Assembly: GCA_046754285.1 (NCBI GenBank)
Contig: JBHHVJ010000010.1
Location: 15,317-79,316 of the forward strand
Length of the DNA stretch: 64,000 nt
Direction: 5' to 3'
From: Myxococcota bacterium
GTDB taxonomy: Bacteria > Myxococcota_A > UBA9160 > SZUA-336
Part shown: positions 39,611-49,780 of the stretch, one piece after another
How positions within the stretch are numbered: the stretch's first letter is position 1
Layout: each line of letters starts with the position of its first letter
Translations under genes and position numbers: made by a program
The notes under the pieces: model-generated
The model's input: only the letters and a program-made list of their open reading frames with translations
Databases searched by the model: none
Told to the model about the DNA's origin: nothing

Positions 39611-40029
39611 GCTTCTTCACCTCTCTGGTGGTCAGCGGCTCCGGCCTGAATGCCGAACGAATCCGGGCGGACCTCGCAGCGGCCAACCTGGCCAACGCGA
39701 ACTCGACGCGGACGCCTGAGGGCGGCCCCTATCGCCGCCGGGATCCCGTTCTGCGCACGGAGGCCGGCGAGACGTTTGGCTCCACGCTGGAGCGAGCGGT
39801 CCGTCGTGTCGCCGTCAAGCGTATCGTGGTCGATCCGCGTCCGCCGCGACTCGTCTTCGATCCTTCGCATCCCGACGCGGACTCCAAGGGGATGGTGGCT
39901 TTCCCCAACGTGCAAGTCGTCGAAGAGATCACCAACCTGACCAACGCTTCCCGCACGTATCAAGCCAACATCGCCGCGATCACCGTGAGTCGAGAGATGG
40001 CTGATCGTGCGCTGCGCATGGGGAGGTAG
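39607..40029 (+). CDS. flgC: Flagellar basal-body rod protein FlgC
   Basis: SGSGL.AER, NLANANSTRT.EGGPYRR, HPDAD..G.V.FPNV, ASRTYQAN. Confidence 0.94.
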   Translation: MSFFTSLVVSGSGLNAERIRADLAAANLANANSTRTPEGGPYRRRDPVLRTEAGETFGSTLERAVRRVAVKRIVVDPRPPRLVFDPSHPDADSKGMVAFPNVQVVEEITNLTNASRTYQANIAAITVSREMADRALRMGR

Positions 40030-40034
40030 CCTAG

Positions 40035-40319
40035 ATGGCGATCGATCCGATCGGTAGCGGAGCACGACCCAGCCTGGGCGCGAACGAGGCGCACGGCGGC
40101 GCGAAGTTCGCGGAGGCGATGACGGAGCTGCTGCGAGACGTCAATGCCGACCAGATCGACGCGGCGCGCCAGATCAAGTCGCTTCTGGTCGATGGAAACG
40201 GTTCGATCCACGAGGCGATGATCGCGATGGGCAAGGCCGAGGGCTCGCTCCGGCTGCTGATGGAGATGAGGAACCGGCTGGTGGACGGTATCAACCGCCT
40301 CCTCCAGACACAGGTCTAG
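40035..40319 (+). CDS. fliE: Flagellar hook-basal body protein FliE
   Basis: HEAMIAM.KAE.SL.LL.E.RNRLV.....L.TQV. Confidence 0.9.
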   Translation: MAIDPIGSGARPSLGANEAHGGAKFAEAMTELLRDVNADQIDAARQIKSLLVDGNGSIHEAMIAMGKAEGSLRLLMEMRNRLVDGINRLLQTQV

Positions 40320-40328
40320 GACGAACGG

Positions 40329-41927
40329 ATGCTCGGAGGTCTCGACAAACTCCCCCAGCAGCTCGCGTCGTTCTGGACCAGCATGAACGGTGCGCAGCGC
40401 TTCGCGTTCCTCTCCATCGGTCTGATCACCGCGGGTGTGCTCGCCTTGCTCGTGAACATCGCGCGGGAGCCTGAGTACGCCACGCTCTACGCCGAGCTCT
40501 CGCCGGAGGACTCGGCGGCGATCCTCGACGAGCTCTCCACCGCACAGGTTCCCTTCAAGCTGACCCACGCGGGCACCTCGATTCAGGTACCGGTGGAACG
40601 CGTCTACGACATCCGCCTGGAGTTGGCCGCCAAGGGATTGCCCGCCTCGGGGCCGGTCGGCTTCGAGGTCTTCGACGACAACGGCCTGGGTATGACGCCG
40701 TTCCAGCAGCGAATCCGATTTCGGCGAGCGCTGGAGGGAGAGCTCTCGCGGACGATCGCCCGGCTCGCGCCGATTCATTCGGCGCGGGTCCACATCACGT
40801 TGCCGGAGCGGGCAGTGTTCAAGCGGGATCAGGCCAAGCCCCGCGCCGCGGTCGTGGTCACCCTGACCCCGGGCCGTACGCTGAGCTCGGCGGAGGCCAA
40901 CGGGATCACGCATCTGATCTCGGGCGCGGTGGACGGCCTCGACGCCAGTCAGATTACGATCCTCGACTCCAGCGGTCGTCTGCTCGCGCGGCCCGGGGGG
41001 GACGAAGACGACCTCCTCGCCGCCGAGGTACTGGGCGTCCAGCAGGGAATCGAGACGCAGCTCGCCAGACGCGCCCAGAAGCTGCTTGACGCAGCCCTGG
41101 GGGCGGGAAAGTCCGTCGTCACGGTGACGGCCGCGATCGATCGGAAGCGCTTCGAGGAGACCAAGAGCCGGGTGAACCCCGATGAGACCGCCGTTCTGAG
41201 CGAGCAACGGGTGGAGGAGAGCCGCAGCGAGCCGGTTCCGACCTCCGGGGGCATTCCGGGGACACCGAGCAATGTGCCGGGCGGTGCGGGGGCCGAGCCC
41301 GCACCCGCGGCGCCCCCGAGCACCGAGGAGGTCACGCGCGAGACGATCAACTTCGAGATCAGTCGGAGCGAGAGCCGTACGGTGATTCCCCTGGGCCAGA
41401 TCCAGAGGCTCTCGATCGCGATCCTCGTCGATGGCAAGTACCTGCCGCAGGAGGCGGCTGAGGGCGAGCCGCCTCCCCCGCCGCAGTACGAGCCCCGCAG
41501 TGAGGAGGAGCTTCAGCAGATCGGCGAGATCGTGAAGCGCGCCGTCGGCTTCGACGCGGAACGGGGGGACGTGATCGAGATCCAGAACTTTGCCTTCCGC
41601 TCGCCCCTCGAGGACCTCCCCGCGGAAGAGATTCCCTTCTGGCAGAGGCCGGAGCTCTTCGTGCTCCTCCCCACCCTCGGAAGGATTTTCGGTCTGCTGG
41701 CCGGGGTGATTCTGCTCAGCACACTCGTGCTGCGGCCCGCTCTGCAGCAGCTCGCCACCAGCCCCCTTCGGAGGGCCGCGAGGACCCACACGGGTGAGGC
41801 GGACGAGAGCGGCGTCTCGCCCGACCAGCAGGCGCTCGAGATCCGGAAGGCGGAGCTCGCAATCCCGATCGACAAGACCCAGGCCAAAGACGTGGCGGAT
41901 GCGATTCGCGGATGGCTTCGAGAATAG
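40329..41927 (+). CDS. fliF: Flagellar M-ring protein FliF
   Basis: GFEVFD, ALEGELSRTI, SARVHI.LP, GGIPGT.SN, AVGFD..RGD; two TMs. Confidence 0.94.
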   Translation: MLGGLDKLPQQLASFWTSMNGAQRFAFLSIGLITAGVLALLVNIAREPEYATLYAELSPEDSAAILDELSTAQVPFKLTHAGTSIQVPVERVYDIRLELAAKGLPASGPVGFEVFDDNGLGMTPFQQRIRFRRALEGELSRTIARLAPIHSARVHITLPERAVFKRDQAKPRAAVVVTLTPGRTLSSAEANGITHLISGAVDGLDASQITILDSSGRLLARPGGDEDDLLAAEVLGVQQGIETQLARRAQKLLDAALGAGKSVVTVTAAIDRKRFEETKSRVNPDETAVLSEQRVEESRSEPVPTSGGIPGTPSNVPGGAGAEPAPAAPPSTEEVTRETINFEISRSESRTVIPLGQIQRLSIAILVDGKYLPQEAAEGEPPPPPQYEPRSEEELQQIGEIVKRAVGFDAERGDVIEIQNFAFRSPLEDLPAEEIPFWQRPELFVLLPTLGRIFGLLAGVILLSTLVLRPALQQLATSPLRRAARTHTGEADESGVSPDQQALEIRKAELAIPIDKTQAKDVADAIRGWLRE

Positions 41928-42934
41928 GCAGAAAGAAGCGGCTGACCGGACCGCACAAGGTCGCGATCCTCCTGCGGCTGATCGAGGAGGACGTCGCGAT
42001 GGAGATCCTCAAGCATTTGGGGGATCGCGACATCGCGCGCATCCATCGCGCCGACATGGACATGGGGACACCGCCCGAGGAGACGGTTCGGGAGGTCGCG
42101 CTCGACTTCAAGAGCCGCGTGATGGGCGGGGGCTCGCAGCAGGTCGGGCTGACCTCACGGCGGATCGACTCCATGGTCCGAGAGGCCATCACCGATGACC
42201 GCCTCGAGAACATCTTCGGCCGAACGGACGTCGAGATCGGCAAGATCCAGGACACCCTCGCCGAGATCGACGGGCGGGTGATCGGTCGCATCCTGAGTCG
42301 CGAGTACCCGCAGACCTGCGCGCTGGTGCTGTCGCAGCTTCCACACGAGCAGGCCGCCGATGTGCTGCTGGCTCTTCCTGAGGACCTGCGCGTCGATGTG
42401 ATCATGCGGATCGCCCGCATGGAGAAGATTTCCGAGGACATGCTCGCCGAGCTGAACCGGGCGCTGGAGCGCGAACTCTCGGGCTTTGAAGGCGCCACGG
42501 CCGCCCAGGAGATGGAGGGAGTCGAGGTCGCCGTCCAACTCTTCATGCACATGGACCGGGCCAGCGAGACCGCCCTGCTCGAGGCCGTGGCCGACCAGGA
42601 CGAGGAGACCGCGGACCTGATTCGGGAGCAGATGTTCACCTTCGAGGATCTGCTCGGGGTGGACGATCGAGGCATCCAGATGGTGCTTCGGAACATCGAG
42701 AACCAGACGCTCGTCCTCGCACTCAAGGGCGCAGACAACGATATGAAGGAGAAGTTCCTCACCAACGTCTCGCAGCGCGTGAGGGCATCGCTCGAGGAGG
42801 ATCTCGACACCATGGGACCGGTGCGCCTCTCCGAGGTCGAGGCCGCGCAGCAGGCGATCGCGAAGACCGCGCGAGAGATGTCGGAACGCGGCGAGATCCA
42901 GATCGAAGGCCGAGGGGAAGATGAGCTCGTCTGA
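41912..42934 (+). CDS. fliG: Flagellar motor switch protein FliG
   Basis: K.AILL, EYPQ, MFTFEDL, ALKGA, GPVRLSEVEAAQ. Confidence 0.94.
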   Translation: MASRIGRKKRLTGPHKVAILLRLIEEDVAMEILKHLGDRDIARIHRADMDMGTPPEETVREVALDFKSRVMGGGSQQVGLTSRRIDSMVREAITDDRLENIFGRTDVEIGKIQDTLAEIDGRVIGRILSREYPQTCALVLSQLPHEQAADVLLALPEDLRVDVIMRIARMEKISEDMLAELNRALERELSGFEGATAAQEMEGVEVAVQLFMHMDRASETALLEAVADQDEETADLIREQMFTFEDLLGVDDRGIQMVLRNIENQTLVLALKGADNDMKEKFLTNVSQRVRASLEEDLDTMGPVRLSEVEAAQQAIAKTAREMSERGEIQIEGRGEDELV

Positions 42935-43553
42935 CTCGATCAAGCCGCTCACGCTCGTGGATCTCCAGCAGGAGGCTCCGCCCGCGCCGGTCGAGGACTT
43001 CTGCGTACAGACGGAGTTCCCCCGCATCCTCTCAGAGGCGCAGCGCATACCAACGCCCGACGAAGCCTATCGCAACGGTCTGAGCGAGGGAGAGCAACGC
43101 GGGCGCGAGGCGGCATTGAAAGAGCTCCAGCCGGAGATCGAAGAGCTGCGCCGGGCGACCTCGGCGCTCGTGAGCGTTCGCAGCCAGCGGCTCGAGCAGG
43201 CGGAGAGCGACCTCGTAGAAGTGGCCGTGGATCTCGCCAGGCGCATCCTGCACGGCGAGCTCACACAGGACGGCGACGTGGTGCTCCGCATGGCCCGCGC
43301 GTGCATCGAGGAGGCCAGCCACGAGGGGGAGCTGACGCTGCGCGTCGCTCCGCAGGATCTCGAGCTGGTCCGTGCGCACCTTCCCGAGTTCGAGCCGGAG
43401 CTCTCCGAGGGCTCCGTCTGCGTTCAGGCCGACGCCGGCCTGGAGCGCGGCTCGGTCGTCCTCGAGACCCCCCGGCGCTGCTTCGACGGGCGGCCGGAGC
43501 GCATCCTCCAGCAAGTGGTGGCCACGCTCGAGGCGGAGGCGACGGACCCATGA
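42921..43553 (+). CDS. fliH: Flagellar export protein FliH
   Basis: AY..G..EG...G repeats, LRV.P.D, D..LERG..V.ET; between fliG and fliI. Confidence 0.82.
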   Translation: MSSSDSIKPLTLVDLQQEAPPAPVEDFCVQTEFPRILSEAQRIPTPDEAYRNGLSEGEQRGREAALKELQPEIEELRRATSALVSVRSQRLEQAESDLVEVAVDLARRILHGELTQDGDVVLRMARACIEEASHEGELTLRVAPQDLELVRAHLPEFEPELSEGSVCVQADAGLERGSVVLETPRRCFDGRPERILQQVVATLEAEATDP

Positions 43554-44857
43554 GCGATCCCAAGGCACTGATCCGGGCCCTCGGGGCCGCCGCGCCTCCG
43601 ACCGGCGGGTTCCTGAGCTCGATTCGAGGTCTGCTCGCAGAGGCCGACGGCCTGGAGCTTCCGGTCGGGGGGCTGGCGGAAATCGAGACCGGGTCCGGCT
43701 TCAGCCCGGCCGAGGTGGTCGGCTTTCGCAGCGGTCACGTGCAGCTCGTTCCGCTCCACGCCTGCCGCGGGCTCGAGGCCGGCTGTCGAGTCTGGCCGCT
43801 GTCGCGCGCGGCGGGGGTCCCCGCGGGTGAGTTCCTGCTGGGCCGCACCGTCGACGCCATGGGACAGCCGCTGGACGGTGGCCCGCCCTTTCCTCCCGCG
43901 GCTCGCGTGCCGCTGTACCGCGAGCCGATCGCCGCACTCGAGCGGCCCGTACTCGAGGAGCCACTCGACGTGGGGGTCCGCGCGATCAACGCAGCCGCGA
44001 CCGTCGCACGTGGGCAACGCATGGGCCTGTTTGCCGGAACCGGCGTGGGCAAAAGCACGTTGCTGGGGATGATGCTGCGCGGAACCGACGCCGACGTGCG
44101 CGTGCTGGCTCTGATCGGAGAGCGAGGGCGCGAGGTGCGGGAGTTCATCGAGCGTGAGCTCGGCGAGGCGCGCCAGAGCACCGTCGTCGTGGCCGTTCCA
44201 TCCGATCGCTCACCGCTGCTGCGCATGCGGGGCGCCTACGTGGCCACGGCCATCGCCGAGCACTTCCGGGAGCGGGGTCGCGACGTCCTGCTGCTGATGG
44301 ACTCGATCACTCGCTTCGCCTTCGCCGCACGCGAGATCGGTCTCGCGCGCGGTGAGCCCGCCACGACCAAGGGGTACACGCCCAGCGTATTCGCCGAGCT
44401 TCCCGCACTCACGGAGCGGGCGGGCCGACTGGAGCGTGGGAGCGTCACGGCGATCTACTCCGTGCTCGTCGAGGGCGACGATCTCGAGGACCCCGTCGCG
44501 GACGCGATGCGGGGCCTGCTCGACGGCCACATCATCCTCTCGCGGGACCTCGCGGAGCGCGCTCAGTTCCCCGCGGTCGACGTGCTGGGCAGCATCAGTC
44601 GGGCGATGATCTCGGTCACGGACCTGCGGCATCGCGAGCTCGCCCAGCAGATGCGGCGCCTGCTCGCGGCCTATCGGGATGCCGAGGACCTGATCCAGGT
44701 GGGAGCCTACGCCCAGGGATCGGATCCCGTCGTGGACGAGGCGATTCGCCGACGCACGCGTCTTCAGGACTTCTTGAGGCAGGACGCTCACGAGCGTGCC
44801 TCCATGACGCAGACCCTCTCCGAGCTCGAGTGTGTCCTGACGGAGCCGATCCAATGA
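43550..44857 (+). CDS. fliI: Flagellar export ATPase FliI
   Basis: GLFAGTGVGKSTL, LIGERGREVREF, MDSITRFA.A.REIGL, ILDGHI variant (LLDGHIILSR). Confidence 0.94.
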   Translation: MSDPKALIRALGAAAPPTGGFLSSIRGLLAEADGLELPVGGLAEIETGSGFSPAEVVGFRSGHVQLVPLHACRGLEAGCRVWPLSRAAGVPAGEFLLGRTVDAMGQPLDGGPPFPPAARVPLYREPIAALERPVLEEPLDVGVRAINAAATVARGQRMGLFAGTGVGKSTLLGMMLRGTDADVRVLALIGERGREVREFIERELGEARQSTVVVAVPSDRSPLLRMRGAYVATAIAEHFRERGRDVLLLMDSITRFAFAAREIGLARGEPATTKGYTPSVFAELPALTERAGRLERGSVTAIYSVLVEGDDLEDPVADAMRGLLDGHIILSRDLAERAQFPAVDVLGSISRAMISVTDLRHRELAQQMRRLLAAYRDAEDLIQVGAYAQGSDPVVDEAIRRRTRLQDFLRQDAHERASMTQTLSELECVLTEPIQ

Positions 44858-45303
44858 GCCGTCGCTCGCGTCTTCCGGTGCTGATCCGCCTGGCCGAGCA
44901 CGAGGAGAGCCGGGCCATGCAGACGCTCGGACGCACCCGCCTGGCCGTCACTCGTGCCGAAGCCGCACTCCACCGGATCCGGAGCGATGCGACCACCACG
45001 CTCCTGGGCTCTGTGCTTCAGACCGGCCGTCCCATCCCCGCCGACACCCTGACCAGCGAGGCGATGCGGGGTGCCGGACTTCGCTTGCGAGCGGAGGCGA
45101 TTCGCGTCGAGCTGGAAGGTGCGCGCAAAGCGGAGGGAACGGCGCGCGAGACGGTCGTCGCAGCCAAGCTCCGCCTACGCACGCTTCGCAAGGCGGTCGC
45201 CCAGCGCGAACGGCGCACGAGGCGCGAGCAGATGCGTCGTGAGACACGACGGCTCGACGAGGTGCAGCGTGGGATGCGCTCGCTGGAGGCCGAGCTCCCA
45301 TGA
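44854..45303 (+). CDS. fliJ: Probable FliJ (coiled coil)
   Basis: 149 aa helical protein directly after fliI (ATGA overlap), C-terminal EQ..E...LDE. Confidence 0.7.
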   Translation: MSRRSRLPVLIRLAEHEESRAMQTLGRTRLAVTRAEAALHRIRSDATTTLLGSVLQTGRPIPADTLTSEAMRGAGLRLRAEAIRVELEGARKAEGTARETVVAAKLRLRTLRKAVAQRERRTRREQMRRETRRLDEVQRGMRSLEAELP

Positions 45304-45725
45304 GGTTCGCGCTCCCGCTTCTCCTGCTGCTGCTTCCCGTCCTGCTCGGCGCGGACTCCCCTCCCGCCACCGAGCCGGAAGCGACCGATGAGCGGATGCT
45401 CGAGCTCGAGGCACGCGAGGCGGCGCTTCGCGTGCTCGAGGAGGATCTGGCCCGACGCATCGAGGAGCTGCGTGAGCTTCGCGAGGCGGCAATCGCGGCA
45501 ATTCTGCCGCAGGAACGGGAGCGTGCCGCACAGCTCGAGACGCTGATCAGCTTCTACCAGGCGATGAAGCCCAAGCAGGCGGCCAAGCTCCTGGAGAAGC
45601 TACCCAGCTCGCTGGCGGCGGACGTGCTCAGCGCGATGAAGTCGCGGTCGGCGGGCAAGATCCTGGACGTGATGAGTGCGGAACGTGCGGTCGTGATTTC
45701 CAAGCTGATGGCGGGGAGGAACTGA
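45300..45725 (+). CDS. MotE/FlbB-like protein (MgtE N-terminal-like repeat)
   Basis: Signal peptide, coiled coil, Y.AMKPKQAAKLL and MKSR.AGKIL..M motifs; usual slot between fliJ and fliK. Confidence 0.75.
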   Translation: MRFALPLLLLLLPVLLGADSPPATEPEATDERMLELEAREAALRVLEEDLARRIEELRELREAAIAAILPQERERAAQLETLISFYQAMKPKQAAKLLEKLPSSLAADVLSAMKSRSAGKILDVMSAERAVVISKLMAGRN

Positions 45726-46891
45726 TGCTGAACGCGGTACGGATCTCCGAAGAGACGGCTCCGACGGGGGGAGCGGACGACGGCGTGTCGACGTCACCCG
45801 CTGCCGAGGGTGGCGCCGAAGCCTCCGGCTTCCTCGAAATGCTCCTGTCCGCCGGTGTCTCCAACGAGGCGGAATCGGAGATGATCGAGGCACCCGTCGA
45901 GGAGCCCGAGCTCCCGGAGGAGATCCTCGATGTGCCGATCGCTCCCGACGAGGAGGAGACGCAAGCGCTGGAAACGGTGGGGGAGCTGGGCGCGCCGCAC
46001 GCTGTGGTTGCCGCGCTTCCCAGCGAGGCCGCACCTCCCGAGACCGACGCGGAAGAACCCGAGGAGCTTCCCTCCAATCCGCGGGGCTCGGCTACGACGC
46101 CTCGACTCGATGGCGAGATCGATCCCCGAGGACCGGAGTCCGAGGGCCGACCCGGCCTTCCAGCCCGGAGCGTCACCAGCCCTAGCGACGGCGGTGCCGC
46201 GCACCCGAGCGACGAAGCCAGCACACGCGAGATCGCGAGTTCCGAGTCGGGCAGCGGAGACGAGACCGCGGACGACTTTCGGGGGTCGACCGAGGATGGG
46301 GGCCAGAAGGCCGGTGCCGAGACGCACGCTCGGGGCCTCTCCCGCGAGGCGATGACTGAGGCTGTTCACACGCGGGCCGAGGCCGGTGCTCCGAAGGCCA
46401 CCCCGGGGCCGAGTACGACGAGCAGCGAGCCGACTCGGACCCTCCCGGAGCTTCCGGTCGTCAACGAGTCGCGGATCCTCGCCCAGGTTCGTCTGCTCGC
46501 CCGTGAGGGCGGAGGCATCGCACGCATCCAGCTCGAGCCCCCCCACCTCGGGGAGCTGCAGGTCCGGCTAACGGTGACACACGACAGCGTTCAGATGAGC
46601 CTACTCGCCGATCGACCCGCAGTGGCGGATCTCTTCACCCGCCATCTCCCCGAGCTGCGAGCGGCCCTCGCGGCCCAGGGGCTCCAGATCGATCGCGCCG
46701 ACGTGGAGGTTCACGACCACGGCGCATCGAACGAGTCCGGTTCGAGCTCGCTGGGGTGGGAAGAGCAGCGGAGCCGAGGGGCACCCGAAGGCTCCCGAAG
46801 TAAGCCCGAATCGGACGTCCCGGGCGTTCGGAATGGGCGGCGAGGTCCCGCGCTGATCGAGGATCTTGGGGCCGTGAGCCTGCACGTATGA
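45725..46891 (+). CDS. fliK: Hook-length control protein FliK
   Basis: Long acidic low-complexity N-terminus; C-terminal ARIQLEPPHLGELQV...LPELRAALAAQGL. Confidence 0.88.
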   Translation: MLNAVRISEETAPTGGADDGVSTSPAAEGGAEASGFLEMLLSAGVSNEAESEMIEAPVEEPELPEEILDVPIAPDEEETQALETVGELGAPHAVVAALPSEAAPPETDAEEPEELPSNPRGSATTPRLDGEIDPRGPESEGRPGLPARSVTSPSDGGAAHPSDEASTREIASSESGSGDETADDFRGSTEDGGQKAGAETHARGLSREAMTEAVHTRAEAGAPKATPGPSTTSSEPTRTLPELPVVNESRILAQVRLLAREGGGIARIQLEPPHLGELQVRLTVTHDSVQMSLLADRPAVADLFTRHLPELRAALAAQGLQIDRADVEVHDHGASNESGSSSLGWEEQRSRGAPEGSRSKPESDVPGVRNGRRGPALIEDLGAVSLHV

Positions 46892-46918
46892 AGCCAAGCC
46901 GGAAGAGGAGGACGCCGA

Positions 46919-47713
46919 ATGGACGCGCTTGATGCTCTGAGGCTGGAGGAGAAGAAGACCGAGGTGCGCAGCGCCGAGGAGCTGACGAACCTCGATCAGA
47001 ACGCCTTCCTCACCATCTTCCTCGCGCAGCTCCAAAACCAGGATCCGTTGAATCCGCAGGAGGCCGACGCGCTGGCCGCTCAGCTCGCGCAGTTCAGCCA
47101 GCTCGAGCAATCGCTGCGCATGACGGGAGAGCTCGAGGGAGTCAACAGCCGCCTCGATCGCCTCATCGAGAGCTCGGGGGCGCCAGCGAGCTTCCAGCCC
47201 GATCCCGTGGCCCTCCTCGGTCGAGAGGTGGAGATCGGTCTGCGGCTTCCCGCCGCCGGGGAGTCCCAGCCCTTGATCATGGAGCTGGACGAGGACAGCT
47301 CGAGCCTTCTCATCGAGGTCCAGGACCGCGAGGGAAACGCGCTGGCTCTGGCCGAGATCCTGGGAACGTCCGAGAGCGGCGACCCGGTCGATCTGCCGGC
47401 GGGGAGCTATCGACTGGTCTTTCGCGACGGTGAGCCACGTCTGGTGGTTCCGGATGGGGGCGAGAGCGAGATCGCGTTCACCCCCTATCGGGCCGGCGGG
47501 CGTCAGATCGATCCGGGTGCACCGCCGCTCGAGTTCGATCCCGCCACGACCTACCAGTTCTCGGTCATCGCCAACGGGCTCTCGAGTGGAAGCTTCACCC
47601 CCCGAACGAACTCATCGGGGACCGTGGACGGCATTCGGATCGTCGATGGCCAGCCGATTCTCTCGGTTTCGGGAATTGATGTTGAACCTTCGCAGATACT
47701 GCGGATTCGATAG
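46919..47713 (+). CDS. flgD: Hook capping protein FlgD
   Basis: LDQNAFLTIFLAQLQNQDPLNP, AQLAQFSQLEQ. Confidence 0.92.
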   Translation: MDALDALRLEEKKTEVRSAEELTNLDQNAFLTIFLAQLQNQDPLNPQEADALAAQLAQFSQLEQSLRMTGELEGVNSRLDRLIESSGAPASFQPDPVALLGREVEIGLRLPAAGESQPLIMELDEDSSSLLIEVQDREGNALALAEILGTSESGDPVDLPAGSYRLVFRDGEPRLVVPDGGESEIAFTPYRAGGRQIDPGAPPLEFDPATTYQFSVIANGLSSGSFTPRTNSSGTVDGIRIVDGQPILSVSGIDVEPSQILRIR

Positions 47714-47731
47714 CAGAGGAGCTGAACAGAA

Positions 47732-49162
47732 ATGGGACTTCAATCGAGCTTGTTTGCAGGTGTTGCGGGACTGGACGCGAACAGTGAGTCGATCACGATC
47801 ATCGGCGACAACATCGCTAACACGAACACGATCGGATTCAAGGCTTCCCGGCCCGAGTTCGTGGACGTGCTGGCCGGAAGCCTCGGCGGCATCGGGGGCG
47901 CGGGGGACATCGGAGCCGGTGCGCGCCTGAGCGGTGTGAATCAGACCTTCACGCAGGGCTCTCTCGAGTCCACGGGGGTGACGACGGACCTGGCGGTCGA
48001 TGGGGCGGGCTTCTTCATCCTTCAGGACTCCACCGGCGTGTTCTACAGCCGGAACGGTCTGTTCCGGCTCGATTCGAATCAGGTCCTCGTCAACGCCCAG
48101 GGCCAGTCGGTGCAGGGCTTCGGGATCACGAACGGGATCGTCAACGGATCGCTCGCGGCGATCAATCTCTCGAGCGTGGCATCGAGCCCGTCCGCGACCA
48201 GCACGATCGACGTCAACGTGAACCTCGACCCGAACGACACGGCCCTCACGGGCGGCGCCTCGGGCTTCGATCACACCAACCCGATCAACACGTCGAACTT
48301 CCAGACCGGAATCCGGATCTTCGACTCGCTCGGGAACCCGCGGAACATTCTGATCCACTTCCGCAAGGACGACACGGCCTCGAACTCGTGGTTCTGGTAC
48401 GCGGGTATCAATCGCAGCGAGGTGGACTTCAGCGCCTACGGGACCCCCTTCAGCACCTTCACCACGCCCACGACGGCGAAGACGCAGTTCTTCCCGATCC
48501 AGAGCGGCACTCTGACGTTCACGAGCGGCGGCGCGCTGAGCGTGGAGAGCAACACGGCCCTCACCGTACCCTACGACTCGAATGGGGACGGCACAGCGGA
48601 CGTGACCGCAACAGCCACACCGGGAAACGCGAGCGGCTGGTCCTTTTCCGGGGGCGCAACAGCCGGTCAGACCATCGCCTTCGACTTCGGGACGACAGCC
48701 ACGGAGGGCGGGACCGGTACGGACCGCACGACCCAGTTCGGGGGATCGGCTGCTTCCGGCGTGAACAGCTTCGTGCGCTTCATGGCGCAGAACGGGTTCA
48801 CGGCGGGCTCGCTGACGTCGATCGACATCGATCAGGATGGCTTCGTCACCGGATCCTTCTCGAACGGCCAGACCCAGAAGCTGGCCCAGGTGGCCATCGC
48901 GCGCTTCCCGAACACCAACGGCGTGAAGCGCATCGGCAAGAACAACTTCATCGAGACGAACTCCTCGGGAAATGCCGTGGTTGGGTTCCCGAACCAGGGC
49001 GGCAATGGCGCGATCCGCTCGGGTTTCTTGGAGCAGTCGAACACCGACCTGGCGGAGGAGTTCGTCCGCCTCATCCTGGCCCAGAGGGCCTTTCAGGCCA
49101 ACACACGAACGATTTCCACGACAAACGAGCTGCTGGCCAATCTCGTGGTCCTGGGTCAGTGA
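47732..49162 (+). CDS. flgE: Flagellar hook protein FlgE
   Basis: IGDNIANTNTIGFK, TDLAVDG.GFF, YSRNG.F.LD, LEQSN.DLAEEF..LI.AQRAFQAN. Confidence 0.94.
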   Translation: MGLQSSLFAGVAGLDANSESITIIGDNIANTNTIGFKASRPEFVDVLAGSLGGIGGAGDIGAGARLSGVNQTFTQGSLESTGVTTDLAVDGAGFFILQDSTGVFYSRNGLFRLDSNQVLVNAQGQSVQGFGITNGIVNGSLAAINLSSVASSPSATSTIDVNVNLDPNDTALTGGASGFDHTNPINTSNFQTGIRIFDSLGNPRNILIHFRKDDTASNSWFWYAGINRSEVDFSAYGTPFSTFTTPTTAKTQFFPIQSGTLTFTSGGALSVESNTALTVPYDSNGDGTADVTATATPGNASGWSFSGGATAGQTIAFDFGTTATEGGTGTDRTTQFGGSAASGVNSFVRFMAQNGFTAGSLTSIDIDQDGFVTGSFSNGQTQKLAQVAIARFPNTNGVKRIGKNNFIETNSSGNAVVGFPNQGGNGAIRSGFLEQSNTDLAEEFVRLILAQRAFQANTRTISTTNELLANLVVLGQ

Positions 49163-49192
49163 TCGTTCCGACTGGAGGGAGGGAGAGCCGTC

Positions 49193-49780
49193 ATGGCTGA
49201 CGACGCAAAAGACAAGAAAGAGACCGCGGACCCGGAAGCTGAGGAGGCGACGGGCGGCGGCAAGAAGAAGCTCGTCCTCATCGTGGCGATCGCGGGTGTG
49301 CTCGTGCTCGGCGGCGCGGGCGCCGGCTTCGTGCTGCTCAGAGGCTCGGGCGATGGCACGGAGACCGAGGCGGAGGCCGAAGGCGAGAGCCACGAGAGGG
49401 CCGACGCGGAGACGCTCGAGCACGACGAGGCGGGATCGACCGAAGCCGAGGCGGAGGCCCACGAGCCCGAAGGAGCGGTGGGAAAGATGTACGCGCTGGA
49501 GCCGTTCATCGTGAACATCGCGGATCGGGAGCGCGACCGATACCTCAAGATCAAGGCCGAGCTGGAGCTGGTCCGGCCCGAGGTGGCCAACGAGGTCGAG
49601 GCGCGGCTGCCGCAGCTCCGAGACATGGTGATCAGCCTGCTGGGCAGCAAGTCCTTCGAGGAGATCCGCTCGATGGAAGGCAAGGACCTGTTGCGTGAAG
49701 AGCTCCTGCAGCGCATCAACGCCCTGCTCACGACCGGCAAGGCTCGGCGAATCTTCTTCACGGAGTTCGTCGTCCAGTGA
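49193..49780 (+). CDS. fliL: Flagellar basal body protein FliL
   Basis: KKKL + TM, acidic linker, FIVNIAD..R.RYLK, PQLRD..I.LL.SK. Confidence 0.9.
   Translation: MADDAKDKKETADPEAEEATGGGKKKLVLIVAIAGVLVLGGAGAGFVLLRGSGDGTETEAEAEGESHERADAETLEHDEAGSTEAEAEAHEPEGAVGKMYALEPFIVNIADRERDRYLKIKAELELVRPEVANEVEARLPQLRDMVISLLGSKSFEEIRSMEGKDLLREELLQRINALLTTGKARRIFFTEFVVQ

Noticed and set aside
47691-47703. CGCAG-ATA-CTGCG palindrome before flgE, similar to the enhancer core
   Set aside because: Outer bases differ from GGCA/TGCC and I found no GG-N10-GC promoter about 83 bp downstream
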